Assembly (NCBI GenBank): GCA_963665845.2
Contig: OY762492.1
Span: 2,720,001-2,784,000, forward strand
Reading direction: 5' to 3'
Source of the DNA: Candidatus Poribacteria bacterium
GTDB taxonomy: Bacteria > Poribacteria > WGA-4E > GCA-2687025
Length of the DNA: 64,000 bases
The notes under the pieces: model-generated
What the model was told of the DNA's origin: nothing
Databases searched by the model: none
The model's input: the letters and a program-made list of their open reading frames with translations, nothing else
Made by a program: the position numbers and the translations under genes
In this document: positions 49,084 through 58,049 of the stretch, piece by piece
Layout of the letters: each line of letters starts with the position of its first letter
Numbering within the stretch: the stretch's first letter is position 1

Positions 49084-50631
49084 TCATTCCCACTCGATTG
49101 TCGCGGGCGGCTTGGAGCTGACATCGTAACAGACGCGGTTGATGCCGACCGCCTCGTTGATGATGCGGTTGGAGACGCGGGCAAGCAGATCATACGGCAG
49201 CGGATGCCAGTCGGCGGTCATTCCGTCCAGGCTGACGACAGCGCGCAGAACGGCGGCGTTCTCATAGGTGCGCGCGTCGCCCATGACGCCGACGCTCCGC
49301 ACCGGCAGCAGCACCGTCAACGCCTGCCATATCTCGTCGTATAAACCCGCCGCGCGCAGCTCCTCAATAAAAATCGCGTCCGCCTTCCGCAAGACGGACA
49401 GCCGCTCCTTCGTCACCTCGCCCAAGATGCGCACCGCCAATCCTGGACCGGGAAACGGATGCCGCCCCAGCGCTTCTTCAGGCAGACCAAGCTCCCTGCC
49501 GACCGCGCGCGCTTCATCTTTAAACAGCTCCCGAAACGGCTCAATCAGTTGAAAACGCAAACTCTCCGGCAAACCGCCGACATTGTGATGCGTCTTGATG
49601 GTGGAGGAGGGACCGACCGCCGAGACGCTCTCGATCACGTCAGGATAAAGCGTCCCCTGCGCCAGATAATCGATCTTGCCGAGATTTTCCAGCTCCGACT
49701 CAAACGCTTCTATAAACGCGCGTCCAATGGCGCGCCGCTTTTCTTCAGGATCCACGACCCCTTTTAACGCGGACAAGAAACGCTCCCCGGCGTCCACAAC
49801 GCGCAGATCAATTCCGAGCTGGTCTCGGAACATAGAGGCGACGCGCGGCGTTTCGTTCAGCCGCATCAAGCCGTTGTCGACATACACGCAGACCGCCTTG
49901 TCCCCGACCGCCCGCCGCAGCAGCGCCGCCAGAACGGTCGAATCGATCCCGCCGCTGACAGCGCAGAGAATGCGCTTGCCGTCCGTTTCGGCGCGTATCT
50001 CTTCGATGCGCGACTGCACAAACGACTCCATCGTCCAGCGGGGCGGGCATTTGCAGATGTTGAGCGCGAAGTTGGACAGCAGCTGTTTGCCCTGTTTTGT
50101 GTGGACGACTTCAGGATGAAACTGAAGCCCGAACCGCCGCCCCTCTTCGTCCGCCATCGCCGCGACAGGCGAATTGTCGGAACGGGCGACGCCGCGAAAC
50201 CCGTTCGGCGGCGTCAAGATGCGGTCGCCATGGCTCATCCACACCTGCAGATCGGGTCCGGCGCCTTGTGTGAGCGGCGTTTGCGCCTCAACGCGCACCT
50301 CGGCATGTCCAAACTCGCGCGCCTGCGACGGCGCCACCTCTCCGCCGAGAAGATGCGTCATCAGCTGCATGCCGTAGCAGATGCCGAGGACAGGCGGTCC
50401 GTCGGTCAGCAGTTGGGTTGAGATGGAGGGCGCGCCGTTTTCATAAACGCTGGCGGGTCCTCCTGACAGGATGATGCCGCGCGGCTGTCGACTCAACAGC
50501 TGTTCAGCGTCCGCATGATGCGGCGCGATTTCGCAGTAAATGTTCAACTCGCGGATGCGCCGCGCAATCAGCTGCGTCGTCTGCGAACCGAAGTCAAGGA
50601 TGGCGATGCCGTCTTGAAGCAAGCCGCTCAA
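49084..50631 (-). CDS. guaA: GMP synthase (glutamine-hydrolysing)
   Basis: ILDFGSQ, LGICYGMQ, QFHPEV, SGGIDS, IKTHHNVGGLP, KPPATIEWE. Confidence 0.98.
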   Translation of the reverse strand: MSGLLQDGIAILDFGSQTTQLIARRIRELNIYCEIAPHHADAEQLLSRQPRGIILSGGPASVYENGAPSISTQLLTDGPPVLGICYGMQLMTHLLGGEVAPSQAREFGHAEVRVEAQTPLTQGAGPDLQVWMSHGDRILTPPNGFRGVARSDNSPVAAMADEEGRRFGLQFHPEVVHTKQGKQLLSNFALNICKCPPRWTMESFVQSRIEEIRAETDGKRILCAVSGGIDSTVLAALLRRAVGDKAVCVYVDNGLMRLNETPRVASMFRDQLGIDLRVVDAGERFLSALKGVVDPEEKRRAIGRAFIEAFESELENLGKIDYLAQGTLYPDVIESVSAVGPSSTIKTHHNVGGLPESLRFQLIEPFRELFKDEARAVGRELGLPEEALGRHPFPGPGLAVRILGEVTKERLSVLRKADAIFIEELRAAGLYDEIWQALTVLLPVRSVGVMGDARTYENAAVLRAVVSLDGMTADWHPLPYDLLARVSNRIINEAVGINRVCYDVSSKPPATIEWE

Positions 50632-50710
50632 CGCGCGCCTCCTCCCAGCGTCAGGCTGAATAAAAAAGAGATGATAGCGCCAATCCGCCGGCGCGTCTAG
50701 ACTTGCGCGC

Positions 50711-50885
50711 CTGACCTCACGTCTTAAGTTGGGACATTGAACTGACGACCGCTCTATTCATGGGAAAAAGGCGCCGCCAACCAGTTCGTCATTCCCGCGC
50801 AAGCGGGAATCTTAAGGCATCGCAGCCGCCGCGCCCATCCTTTAAACCCCCCTAGCCCCCCTTTTCAAGGGGGAATCGGACGCGC
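50711..50885. repeat. Mosaic repeat block (26-bp motif, REP-like, poly-C/G hairpin)
   Basis: CTGACCTCACGTCTTAAGTTGGGACA 50711-50736; REP-like about 50788-50811. Confidence 0.8.
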
Positions 50886-51746
50886 CTCCGCGCTCATCGA
50901 TAACCGTTCGGCGCGGTACTCTAGGTACCGTCGAATGCGCTCTTTCGTCTCCTCTTCCGCCTGCAAACCTTCGAGCAGCTGTTCAATCCAATCTAAAAGC
51001 CGCGCGCGCGCCGTTTCCAAACCCATCGCCTGAAGCTGCGCATGCGCTTCCTCTCCCGCCTCAAAATCGATGCCGGCGGCGGGATTCAGCGCGCCGTTCA
51101 TGAGCGCCTGATCAACCGCCTCATCCGCCTCCATGACGCGGCAAAGCGCCTCGCGCAGCCGACCCTGCGGAAACGCGCGGAATAGAAACGCCCGCGCCTC
51201 AAAGCAGAGCAGCGCCTCCAACGCAAAACGCGCGTCCGCCATCGAAGCGACAGGGCGCGGCGCGTCCAAAGGGCGCATATCGGGCGGAAGCGACCGATAC
51301 GCGATAAGCCCCTTCAGCAGCTGTCCCAACCGATGCTGTTCAACAGCGTTCAGATAGCTTCTGTCCTCGTTCGGCGGCGGCATTTGGAGCGACGTTTCCG
51401 TTTCTTCCGCCATCTGTTCGAGCCGCGTCAAAATTTCGGTTCCCGCGCGGGCAAGCTTCGCGGCTCCGATTTCAGCCGCCAGACGCGCCGCCCGCTCCAT
51501 CTCTCCTTCGGCGGCGCGTTCCAAGCCGAGGCTCGCCGCGCGCGCCGTATCGAACAGCGCTTGCGCCCGTCCGCTCGGCGAGGGGTCTTTCATGACGGTT
51601 CGGAAGAGGCGTTTGCTCGCCGCCTGCGTCAGTTGGCGCCAAAATGTTTCAGCCGCCGTCGGCTCCATTCGGCTGACCGCCTTAAACAGAAACAGCTCGG
51701 GTCCGCCGCGTTGGATCTGCGCGAGAGCGCCGCCGGTTTGCGTCAT
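50865..51746 (-). CDS. Hypothetical protein, resembles C-terminal half of DUF6178
   Basis: ASLGLERAAEGEMERAARL...KLARAG pattern; ATGA coupling to upstream ORF. Confidence 0.5.
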   Translation of the reverse strand: MTQTGGALAQIQRGGPELFLFKAVSRMEPTAAETFWRQLTQAASKRLFRTVMKDPSPSGRAQALFDTARAASLGLERAAEGEMERAARLAAEIGAAKLARAGTEILTRLEQMAEETETSLQMPPPNEDRSYLNAVEQHRLGQLLKGLIAYRSLPPDMRPLDAPRPVASMADARFALEALLCFEARAFLFRAFPQGRLREALCRVMEADEAVDQALMNGALNPAAGIDFEAGEEAHAQLQAMGLETARARLLDWIEQLLEGLQAEEETKERIRRYLEYRAERLSMSAEARPIPP

Positions 51747-52492
51747 TTCGATCTTTTCGGCGAATACAGCAGGTCGTTCAGCCGGTCCGCGTTTCGACGC
51801 GCTTTTTCGCGCCGCTGGGTTGCGTCCTCTTTTTCATATTCGTTCTCTTCGGCGTCCTCCTGCTCGTGGCTGAGAATGCGCATCACATCCAGAAAGATCT
51901 CCGGGTCGCTCATCCAGAGCATGTCGGCGATCATATACGCCTGCTCGTCGCCGCCGAAGTCGATATTTTCAAGGCTGATGAGGCCGACATCCAGCATGAG
52001 ACGCCCCCCGCCGCCGGGAAGCTCCACCCGCCCCCGCAGCAGCTCCGCCAGCAGGTCCGTGTCCAACCCGGACAGGATGCCGGACAGCTGATCCGGCTCC
52101 AGCTCTGTCAGCTCGGCGACCCACATTTCAGCCGTTTCGCGGTCGACCGCGCCGCCATGGACTGCCGTTCGCTCAAACATCTCCCCGAACTGTTCCGGGG
52201 TGACGGCGGAAAGGATGCCGCATGCCAGCCCTGTTCCGACGTACGGGCTGACGATTTCGACAAGGCTTTCGACGCGGCTGGAACGCACCAGGTCGGTTCC
52301 GTCCGGCACGAGATAGTACAGCTCCTCGCGGACGCGCGGATCGGAGGTCGATTCAATGACCGCGAGCTGTTCGGGCTGCGAGAGCTGTTGAAACGCCGCG
52401 GTCGCCTCGCCTGAATTGAGCGACAGAAGCTCCTGACCAGTAGGAAGCCGCTTGAGAGATTTGCTTCGGAAGAGATCTAGTCCGTCGCGCAC
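51743..52492 (-). CDS. Hypothetical helical protein, resembles N-terminal half of DUF6178
   Basis: RBS GGAGG; VTPEQF, WVAEL, LDTDLLAELL, DPEIF. Confidence 0.5.
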   Translation of the reverse strand: MRDGLDLFRSKSLKRLPTGQELLSLNSGEATAAFQQLSQPEQLAVIESTSDPRVREELYYLVPDGTDLVRSSRVESLVEIVSPYVGTGLACGILSAVTPEQFGEMFERTAVHGGAVDRETAEMWVAELTELEPDQLSGILSGLDTDLLAELLRGRVELPGGGGRLMLDVGLISLENIDFGGDEQAYMIADMLWMSDPEIFLDVMRILSHEQEDAEENEYEKEDATQRREKARRNADRLNDLLYSPKRSK

Positions 52493-52543
52493 CGCCCTCC
52501 CCTTTATCGAGTGATCAAAGGAATCTCGCTTCGTTTTTTAGAA

Positions 52544-52572
52544 AGGATACTCCGCGCGGCGCCGTATGTCAA
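52544..52572 (-). promoter_or_regulatory. Sigma70-like promoter
   Basis: TTGACA-N17-TATCCT on minus strand. Confidence 0.5.
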
Positions 52573-52654
52573 CGTTGGCTTCACCGAGGTAGTCTCTACA
52601 GGCGATGACGAAAATCCTGTTTGAGTTGTGCTCATCGCGATTCCGCGCACGGAA

Positions 52655-52876
52655 CTAAAACCCCCCCAACCCCCCTTTTCAAGGGGGAGTCCAGAAACCG
52701 CGCCCCAACCGCTGTTATTGGGCTATTCGTTCCCCGCTTCCGCGAGGACATGCATTCCCGCGTAAGCGGGAATCCAGAGTTTTCCAGACAGCCTCCGCAT
52801 TCCAGAAACGACTTTAAAATCAAGATCATCGCCTATAGAGACAGTATTCACCGACCTTACGCCTAAAGTTTGAACA
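52655..52876. repeat. Mosaic repeat block
   Basis: Poly-C/G hairpin, GGACATGC+REP-like module, 26-bp motif 52851-52876. Confidence 0.8.
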
Positions 52877-53027
52877 TCATGCCGTCTAAATTCCGTTGCC
52901 GCGCGATGCCGTCGTCTTCAGCCGCCGTTTGCCAAAATTTTCCATTGTAAAAACGCGGCGGACATGGAATAATATCTGTGTCGGCAACAGCGCGCTCACA
53001 GACTGGCGACGAATGAAAGGATCAAGC

Positions 53028-54185
53028 ATGGCGAACGTTATCTCGGGGCTGCAAGACGTCGCGCTCACCGAATCGAAAATATGCAGAATCGATGGCTCCG
53101 CCGGCCATCTTATCTACCGCGGATACGACATACGGGACCTGGCTCAAAACGCAACTTTTGAAGAGACGGCATATCTGCTCTGGTCGGGCGACCTGCCGAC
53201 GCGCCCGCAGCTGGACGCGCTGAACGCGCAGCTTGCCGCCGAGCGCGGCATTGACGAGAACACTTATCGGCTCATCGCCTCTTATCCCAAAACAGCCCCG
53301 CCGATGGACGCGCTGCGCACATGCGTCTCCCTGCTCGCCAGCGCCGATCCGGAGATGGAGGACAACTCCAACGAAGCGAACCTGCGCAAAGCGGTTCGGC
53401 TCACCGCCAAGTTTCCGACCATTCTCGCCGCTGTCTACCGCCGTTCAAACGACCAGGAGCCGGTTCCGCCGCTCAAAGACGGCAGCTCCGCCGCCAATTT
53501 CCTTTATATGCTCAGCGGCGAGGAGCCGGATCCGTTCGTCGCGCGAACGCTGGACGCCGCGCTGACGCTCCACGCCGAGCATGGAATGAACGCTTCCACC
53601 TTCTCGGCGCGGGTCACCTGCGCGACCCTGTCCGATATGTACGCCGCGGTCACATCGGCGCTTGGAACGCTCAAGGGACCGCTTCACGGCGGCGCGAACG
53701 CGATTGTGCGCGCGATGCTTGAGGAGATAGGGGCGCCTGAAAACGCCGGGCAGTATGTGAAGGAGACGCTTGCGGGCGACCGCGTCGTCCCAGGTCTCGC
53801 GCCGAAACGCATACCGGGCTTCGGCCACCGCGTCTATACATCGTATGATCCGCGCGCGGCGGTCTTGCATGGGATGTCGGAGACGCTCGGAAAACGCGCG
53901 GGCGAAACGGTCTGGGTGGACATCTCCGAGGCGGTTGTGGCGGCGTGCGAAAAGGCGGGTCTTTATGAAAAAGGCGTCTATCCGAACGTCGATTTCTTCT
54001 CGGCGTCCGCCTATACGACGATGGGCATCGATGTTCCGCTCTTCACGCCGGTGTTTGCGCTGGCGCGCATCACGGGCTGGACGGCGCACATCATTGAACA
54101 GCACAACGACAACCGACTCATACGCCCGAAAGCGGTCTATGTCGGCGAAGAAGGGCGGGTCGTTCAGCCGATTGAAAAGCGGTAA
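53028..54185 (+). CDS. gltA: Citrate synthase (or 2-methylcitrate synthase)
   Basis: LIYRGYDI, HAEHGMNASTF, GPLHGGAN, GFGHRVY, YPNVDF. Confidence 0.9.
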   Translation: MANVISGLQDVALTESKICRIDGSAGHLIYRGYDIRDLAQNATFEETAYLLWSGDLPTRPQLDALNAQLAAERGIDENTYRLIASYPKTAPPMDALRTCVSLLASADPEMEDNSNEANLRKAVRLTAKFPTILAAVYRRSNDQEPVPPLKDGSSAANFLYMLSGEEPDPFVARTLDAALTLHAEHGMNASTFSARVTCATLSDMYAAVTSALGTLKGPLHGGANAIVRAMLEEIGAPENAGQYVKETLAGDRVVPGLAPKRIPGFGHRVYTSYDPRAAVLHGMSETLGKRAGETVWVDISEAVVAACEKAGLYEKGVYPNVDFFSASAYTTMGIDVPLFTPVFALARITGWTAHIIEQHNDNRLIRPKAVYVGEEGRVVQPIEKR

Positions 54186-54234
54186 AGCCGACAGAAGACG
54201 CGGGGGATGACATGAGCAAATCGGGGAGGAAACG

Positions 54235-55044
54235 ATGCCGCATTTAACGGAACTGGGAGCCGGTTTGTTTTCATCGAATCTGGTTGAACAGGCGCCGATT
54301 GCATTGCTCAAGCCGCTCAACGCCTTGACGCCAAAGAGATATTCCTCGGAAGACGGCGCCGACCTATCAGAATTCGACTCCGAATTGAAAAGCGCGGCGG
54401 CGGCGCTTTGTCAGGCGGCGGCGGATATTTTGAGGGGAAAAGAAGCCGACGCCGTACCCGAATACAAAGCGGCGATTCAACATTCTAACGCGGCAATTCG
54501 GCTGGCGGAGCGGATCGATTTTGTAGAAAAGGCGGAGGCAGCGTCAGCAAGCCTTTACTATTTACGCGGGCTTGCTGCGTTGACGATGATCGCGATAGAG
54601 AACGGCTCCGCCGATCTGAATGCGGCGGTTGCAGACCTTGCCAAGTCGGCGGAGCTGAATCCCATTGCGGAAACCTATCTGCGCTTGGGCGAAGCGCATG
54701 CCTATGCGGGCAATCTGGACGCCGCGGTTGAATGCCTTGAAAAAGCGACCGATTTGGACATCTATTGCGCCGAAGCGTTTCTCCTAAAAGGACTTGTCCA
54801 CGAAGCGAGAGGCGACGAGGACGACTATCATGACGAAATCTACACGGCTCTTTGTCTAGACCCTGGTCTTTACAGGGAAGAGTTTGAGCCGGTCATGAAA
54901 GAAGCGCGGGAATGGGAAGAGAAATGGGACAAGACGCTGCAAAGCCCTGAATCGATTGCAATGCTGCAGGCATGGGCAGAAAAATCGAAGAGGAACGAGA
55001 GCAGATATGAAGAAACAGAGCCGTCCATTTCCAAGGACGGTTGA
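54235..55044 (+). CDS. TPR protein with putative C-terminal antitoxin segment
   Basis: TPR motifs YYLRGLA, YLRLGEAH, AFLLKGLV; C-terminal WEEKWDKTL..PES..ML..WAE; overlaps toxin-like gene. Confidence 0.7.
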   Translation: MPHLTELGAGLFSSNLVEQAPIALLKPLNALTPKRYSSEDGADLSEFDSELKSAAAALCQAAADILRGKEADAVPEYKAAIQHSNAAIRLAERIDFVEKAEAASASLYYLRGLAALTMIAIENGSADLNAAVADLAKSAELNPIAETYLRLGEAHAYAGNLDAAVECLEKATDLDIYCAEAFLLKGLVHEARGDEDDYHDEIYTALCLDPGLYREEFEPVMKEAREWEEKWDKTLQSPESIAMLQAWAEKSKRNESRYEETEPSISKDG

Positions 55045-55331
55045 TGCGATCTAGACAGAACTCGGATTACTGGAACGAATACAACCGCCTACCGAAGACG
55101 ATACAAAAGCGGGCTGAAAAAGTCCTACGCTTATTTGACGACAACCCGCAGTATTCCAGCCTTCATTTTAAGCAAGTCGCCCCCTACCTGTATTCTATAT
55201 GGATCAACCGAAAATACAGAATTCTCGGACATTTGGAAGAAACCGCCGATGGCGAAGGCATCGTGTGGTACTGGACAGGGCCGCATGATCCGTACGAAAA
55301 AGAAATACGGAAATGGAATCGATCGCTCTGA
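55041..55331 (+). CDS. RelE/ParE-like toxin
   Basis: LP..IQKRA....LF..NP..SSLHFK.V...YS....KYR......IVWYWTGPH..Y. Confidence 0.8.
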   Translation: MMRSRQNSDYWNEYNRLPKTIQKRAEKVLRLFDDNPQYSSLHFKQVAPYLYSIWINRKYRILGHLEETADGEGIVWYWTGPHDPYEKEIRKWNRSL

Positions 55332-55354
55332 ATCCTTTTGAGGAGCGGCTCGTT

Positions 55355-55520
55355 CCTCCTGAAAAGGGGCTAGGGAGGTTTAACAGACCTTATGTCTTTA
55401 GTTGGCACATTCCGTCTGGTGAACGCGGACGGTTTCAGCGGCGCCTCTGGATTCCCGCTTGCGCGGGAATGACGAGATGGGGCGCGCGGGAATGACGAGA
55501 TGGGGCGCGCGGGAATGGCG
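55355..55520. repeat. Mosaic repeat block
   Basis: 26-bp motif 55384-55409, REP-like about 55450-55473, short GCGCGGGAATGACGAGATGGG duplications. Confidence 0.8.
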
Positions 55521-55557
55521 GGCGCGCCGCTTGATCGCCGGCGCGCCCCCCCAGCCT

Positions 55558-56451
55558 CTATGAATTCGCCTGACACCGCCGAAGATGCACATTCTTGGGC
55601 GTCTCCTCAACGCCTTTCCACGCATACGGATCGATGCCCGCGACGGGGACGATGCATCGATGGTCGGCGGTGGCGGGGCGCTCTCCTTGACGAATGCTCC
55701 ACGGCAGCAGCGACCAGGCGTTGCAGTAATGGTTCACCAGGACGCGCCGATAGGTATCCCCGCGGTTCTTGCGCGAGCGATGCAGCAGATACCCGTTGAA
55801 AAAGACAAGCGTCCCTGCAGTCGCCTCCACCGGAACCTCCTGCGTCTCGTCAAACCCGTAGCTCTCCGGGGTGAAATCGAACTCGTCAGGGTTCTCATGC
55901 GCGCGCTGCGGATATAGATACCCTTGCCGATGCGATCCTGGGACGACCCACAGGCAGCCGTTTTGGATCGTCGCGTCGTCCAGCGCGATCCAGGCGCCGA
56001 TGAGCGAGCGGTCGCGCGTCGGGATGTAGATCTCGTCCTGATGCCACGCCTGACCCTGAAAGCCCGGCGGCTTCACAAACAGCATCGACTGCATGCATTT
56101 GACGCTGCCGTCCCAATACGGCACATGCGCCGCCGTCAGCTGGCTCAACGCGCCGCATATCTTTGGATGCTTCACATACTCCAGCATGACGGGGCTGACA
56201 AAATGCGGCTGATGGATGCATAAGATGTCCGCCAGCGCCTCCTCGTCGGTCGTTTCGTCGGGGAGCGGCGGCATGGCGTCGCATGGATAGCCGCCGCGCG
56301 CCAGGTATGCCGTGTCCGCGCGCAGCTCCTCCACCTCCGCCGCCGTCATGAGATTCGGCGCCGCATAATATCCGTTCTCAACAAAAAACTGCACATCCGC
56401 CTCTGACAGCGGCTTCGGCGTCTCGATCAAGGGGGTTTCCGCGATGGCCAT
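55558..56451 (-). CDS. PhyH-family dioxygenase
   Basis: FVENGY, WHQD, WIALDDA..NGCL.VVPGSH, LLHRS..N. Confidence 0.92.
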   Translation of the reverse strand: MAIAETPLIETPKPLSEADVQFFVENGYYAAPNLMTAAEVEELRADTAYLARGGYPCDAMPPLPDETTDEEALADILCIHQPHFVSPVMLEYVKHPKICGALSQLTAAHVPYWDGSVKCMQSMLFVKPPGFQGQAWHQDEIYIPTRDRSLIGAWIALDDATIQNGCLWVVPGSHRQGYLYPQRAHENPDEFDFTPESYGFDETQEVPVEATAGTLVFFNGYLLHRSRKNRGDTYRRVLVNHYCNAWSLLPWSIRQGERPATADHRCIVPVAGIDPYAWKGVEETPKNVHLRRCQANS

Positions 56452-56481
56452 CCGTCTCTCCTTAATATAAAACAACAGCGC

Positions 56482-56519
56482 GGGCGCGGAGAGGCTGCCG
56501 ATACAGCCCCTCCCGCGCC
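56482..56519 (-). terminator. Hairpin downstream of trxA
   Basis: GGCGCGGAGAGGCTG-loop-CAGCCCCTCCCGCGCC. Confidence 0.5.
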
Positions 56520-56532
56520 GAATGAAACGCGC

Positions 56533-56862
56533 CTAGCCTTCCAGCGCCGCGTCAATCTTTTCGGTCAAAACCTCCTTCGGAACGGCGCCGACCACCTGCT
56601 GCGCCACCTCGCCGTCTTTGAAAAGAAGCAAGGTTGGAATGCCGCGCACCTGATAACGCATGGCGACGCTCTGGTTGTCGTCGACGTTCACCTTCGCCAC
56701 CTTCAGCCGCCCGTCGTATTCCTCCGCCAAAGCGGACACGATCGGCGCGATCGCCTTGCAGGGTCCGCACCACGGCGCCCAGAAATCGACCAGCGCCGGG
56801 ATGTCGCTGTTCAGAACCTCCTCCTCAAACGCTTCGTCGGTCAGCTCAAGAACTTCCGCCAT
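56533..56862 (-). CDS. trxA: Thioredoxin
   Basis: VDFWAPWCGPCK, GIPTL. Confidence 0.97.
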   Translation of the reverse strand: MAEVLELTDEAFEEEVLNSDIPALVDFWAPWCGPCKAIAPIVSALAEEYDGRLKVAKVNVDDNQSVAMRYQVRGIPTLLLFKDGEVAQQVVGAVPKEVLTEKIDAALEG

Positions 56863-56888
56863 CTGTTTTTCCTTTCAAAAAATCGGCG

Positions 56889-57884
56889 TCAAGCCGACAC
56901 AAACTGATCGTTCTGAATGAACACCGCCTTGCCGCTCTCCATCGACCGCGTCGCGGCGACCATCAACTTCTGCGTCTTGACCGCGTCGGCGTACGGCGCG
57001 AGTATCTTGGAGTCGTCGCCGCTTTTGACCGCGTCGATGAAGATGCGGTCTTCTTGCTGGTACGGGTTCACCGTGCTTTTGATCTCCTCGCGGTTGCCGC
57101 CGCTGATGAGCGTCGCCTGCCCCTGCGTGATGTCCGCCGCCAGATTCTTGCCGAACACCTCAATCTTGACGCGCCCCCAGCCGGACAGACAGCAGGCGGA
57201 CTGAATGTTCGCAATCGTGCCGTTGTCGAAGGCGATGTTGACGAAGCTGATGTCTTCGACGTCGTAGTTGGGAACCTCGGTCATGCCGCCTCTTGCCGCG
57301 ACCGCATGAACGCTCACCGCTTCGCCGCGCAGCAGGAATCGGCATACGTCGAACACATGCGTTGTCTGCTCAACGTGCTGTCCGCCGGAGAGTTCCTTGA
57401 CGCGCCACCAGGGCGTCCCTGGCATGCCGCCCATCCATGCGCCGAGGGCGCCGAGGACTTTGAAGTCGGTCAAGCGTTCGCGCGCTTTTTGGATCGCGTC
57501 GCTGTACCGCCAGTTGTAGCCGACGCTGGTGAGAACGCCTGTTTCGGCGACCTTGTCGCGGACGGCGAGCGCGGAGGCGATGTCCGCGTCGATCGGTTTT
57601 TCGATGAAAAGCGGGATGCCGCGCTCAAGGGCTGCCAGTTCAGGCTCTCCATGCGCGAAGGGCGGGAGGCAGACATAGACCGCGTCCAGCTCCTCTTTTT
57701 CGAGCATTTCCTGAAAATCGGTGTACGGGTTTCCGCCGAAGTCGTTGGCGCGTCCTTCGGCGCGTTCCTTTGCCACGTCGCACATGGCGGCGAACTCAAC
57801 GTCGTCAAAATTGCGCAGGTTTCCGAGGTGGTTCCCGGCGATCCCGCCGGCGCCGATAAACCCAACGCGCACTTTGTCTGCCAT
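56889..57884 (-). CDS. Gfo/Idh/MocA oxidoreductase
   Basis: GFIGAGGIA, FIEKP, VGYNWRY; TTGACC-N17-TACGAT promoter at 57930-57958. Confidence 0.92.
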   Translation of the reverse strand: MADKVRVGFIGAGGIAGNHLGNLRNFDDVEFAAMCDVAKERAEGRANDFGGNPYTDFQEMLEKEELDAVYVCLPPFAHGEPELAALERGIPLFIEKPIDADIASALAVRDKVAETGVLTSVGYNWRYSDAIQKARERLTDFKVLGALGAWMGGMPGTPWWRVKELSGGQHVEQTTHVFDVCRFLLRGEAVSVHAVAARGGMTEVPNYDVEDISFVNIAFDNGTIANIQSACCLSGWGRVKIEVFGKNLAADITQGQATLISGGNREEIKSTVNPYQQEDRIFIDAVKSGDDSKILAPYADAVKTQKLMVAATRSMESGKAVFIQNDQFVSA

Positions 57885-58049
57885 CGAACATCTCCTCAAG
57901 GGAAAGGTTGCATTTTCATATGTAAGCGTATCGTATCAGGTTTTTGGGTTGAGGTCAAGCGGCATCGCCTGAAGGCAGTACGCTCATACGGGATATTCGC
58001 GGCGGCGCGTCCGATTTCCCCTTGAAAAGCGCCAGGGGGTCGCCTGCCG

